A stretch of DNA of 64,000 nucleotides from Somniosus microcephalus (taxonomy: Eukaryota): NCBI GenBank assembly GCA_052327205.1, contig CM126224.1, positions 30,814,001 through 30,878,000 of the forward strand, given 5' to 3'. The notes under the pieces were generated by a model. It saw only the letters and a program-made list of their open reading frames with translations. It was not told the origin of the DNA and searched no databases. A program made the position numbers and the translations under genes. This document shows, in pieces, positions 63,614-64,000 of the stretch (positions within the stretch are counted from its first letter, which is position 1; each line of letters opens with the position of its first letter).

Positions 63614-64000
63614 TTACTGGTGTCGCTCATTCATTATTCGTTGACTTAGAACCTGGGCAGAAAGGGGCTGTTAAGGTTGCAGCCTCCCTTCCTCTTCCAC
63701 CTCCTCGTGCTCCTGCTCCTCAGCTTCTCGCTTGATAGGTGCTGGTAAGGGCTGTTCCCTCATGATGGCAAGGTTGTCCACCATGCAGCATAACATGTGA
63801 AATCTTGAGACCCGTTCAGCTGAGTACTGCAGGGGTCATCCAGAGCGGAATCGTTGCTTTAGGATGCCAATGGTCTGCTCTATAAGATTTCTTGTGACAG
63901 CATGGCTCTCATTGAATGCCTGTTGTGCACGTATGCGTGGGTTACGGACTGGAGTCATGAGCCATGTCGTCAGAGGATAACCCTCATCGCCCAGTAGACA
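63614..64000 (-). pseudogene. Harbinger (HARBI1-like) transposase C-terminus with in-frame stops
   Basis: CLLGDEGYPLTTWLMTPVRNPRIRAQQAFNESHAVTRNLIEQTIGILKQRFRSG*PLQYSAERVSRFHMLCCMVDNLAIMR, followed by an acidic tail; not in the ORF track. Confidence 0.9.

Larger units (their letters stand above)
61709..64000. mobile_element. Decayed autonomous-type PIF/Harbinger transposon (continues past window end)
   Basis: Putative terminus gggagttaaattggat; convergent Myb/SANT-like gene (+) and HARBI1-type DDE transposase (-). Confidence 0.85.

Overview
Vertebrate genomic DNA, most likely from a cartilaginous fish (shark), judging by the HE1/V-SINE, SacSINE1-type DeuSINE and abundant CR1 repeats. The only host gene is the LIM-homeobox gene LHX6 on the minus strand. 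Seven coding exons can be spliced by hand with canonical GT-AG sites and consistent phases: 47663-47586, 46290-46219, 44646-44464, 42357-42236, 25471-25251, 3912-3812 and 3044-2949 (873 nt, 291 aa; two LIM domains and most of the homeodomain). The remaining exons lie beyond position 1. The rest is intronic or upstream sequence filled with nested transposon relics: CR1 and L2 LINEs, several SINE families, Penelope-like elements and their hairpin derivatives, a decayed Gypsy pol, a decayed two-gene PIF/Harbinger transposon with Harbinger-type MITEs, a Tigger-like MITE and a TTAA-flanked element with long TIRs. A broad CpG-retaining domain covers the promoter. I found no convincing new protein-coding system. 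The best leads are (i) Penelope-derived hairpin mini-elements with a shared TTATT junction, 11-15 bp duplications and a variant hammerhead-like core, (ii) the long-TIR TTAA element, and (iii) candidate LHX6 enhancers and ancient SINE relics. Repeat family names come from recalled consensus motifs, not from database searches.
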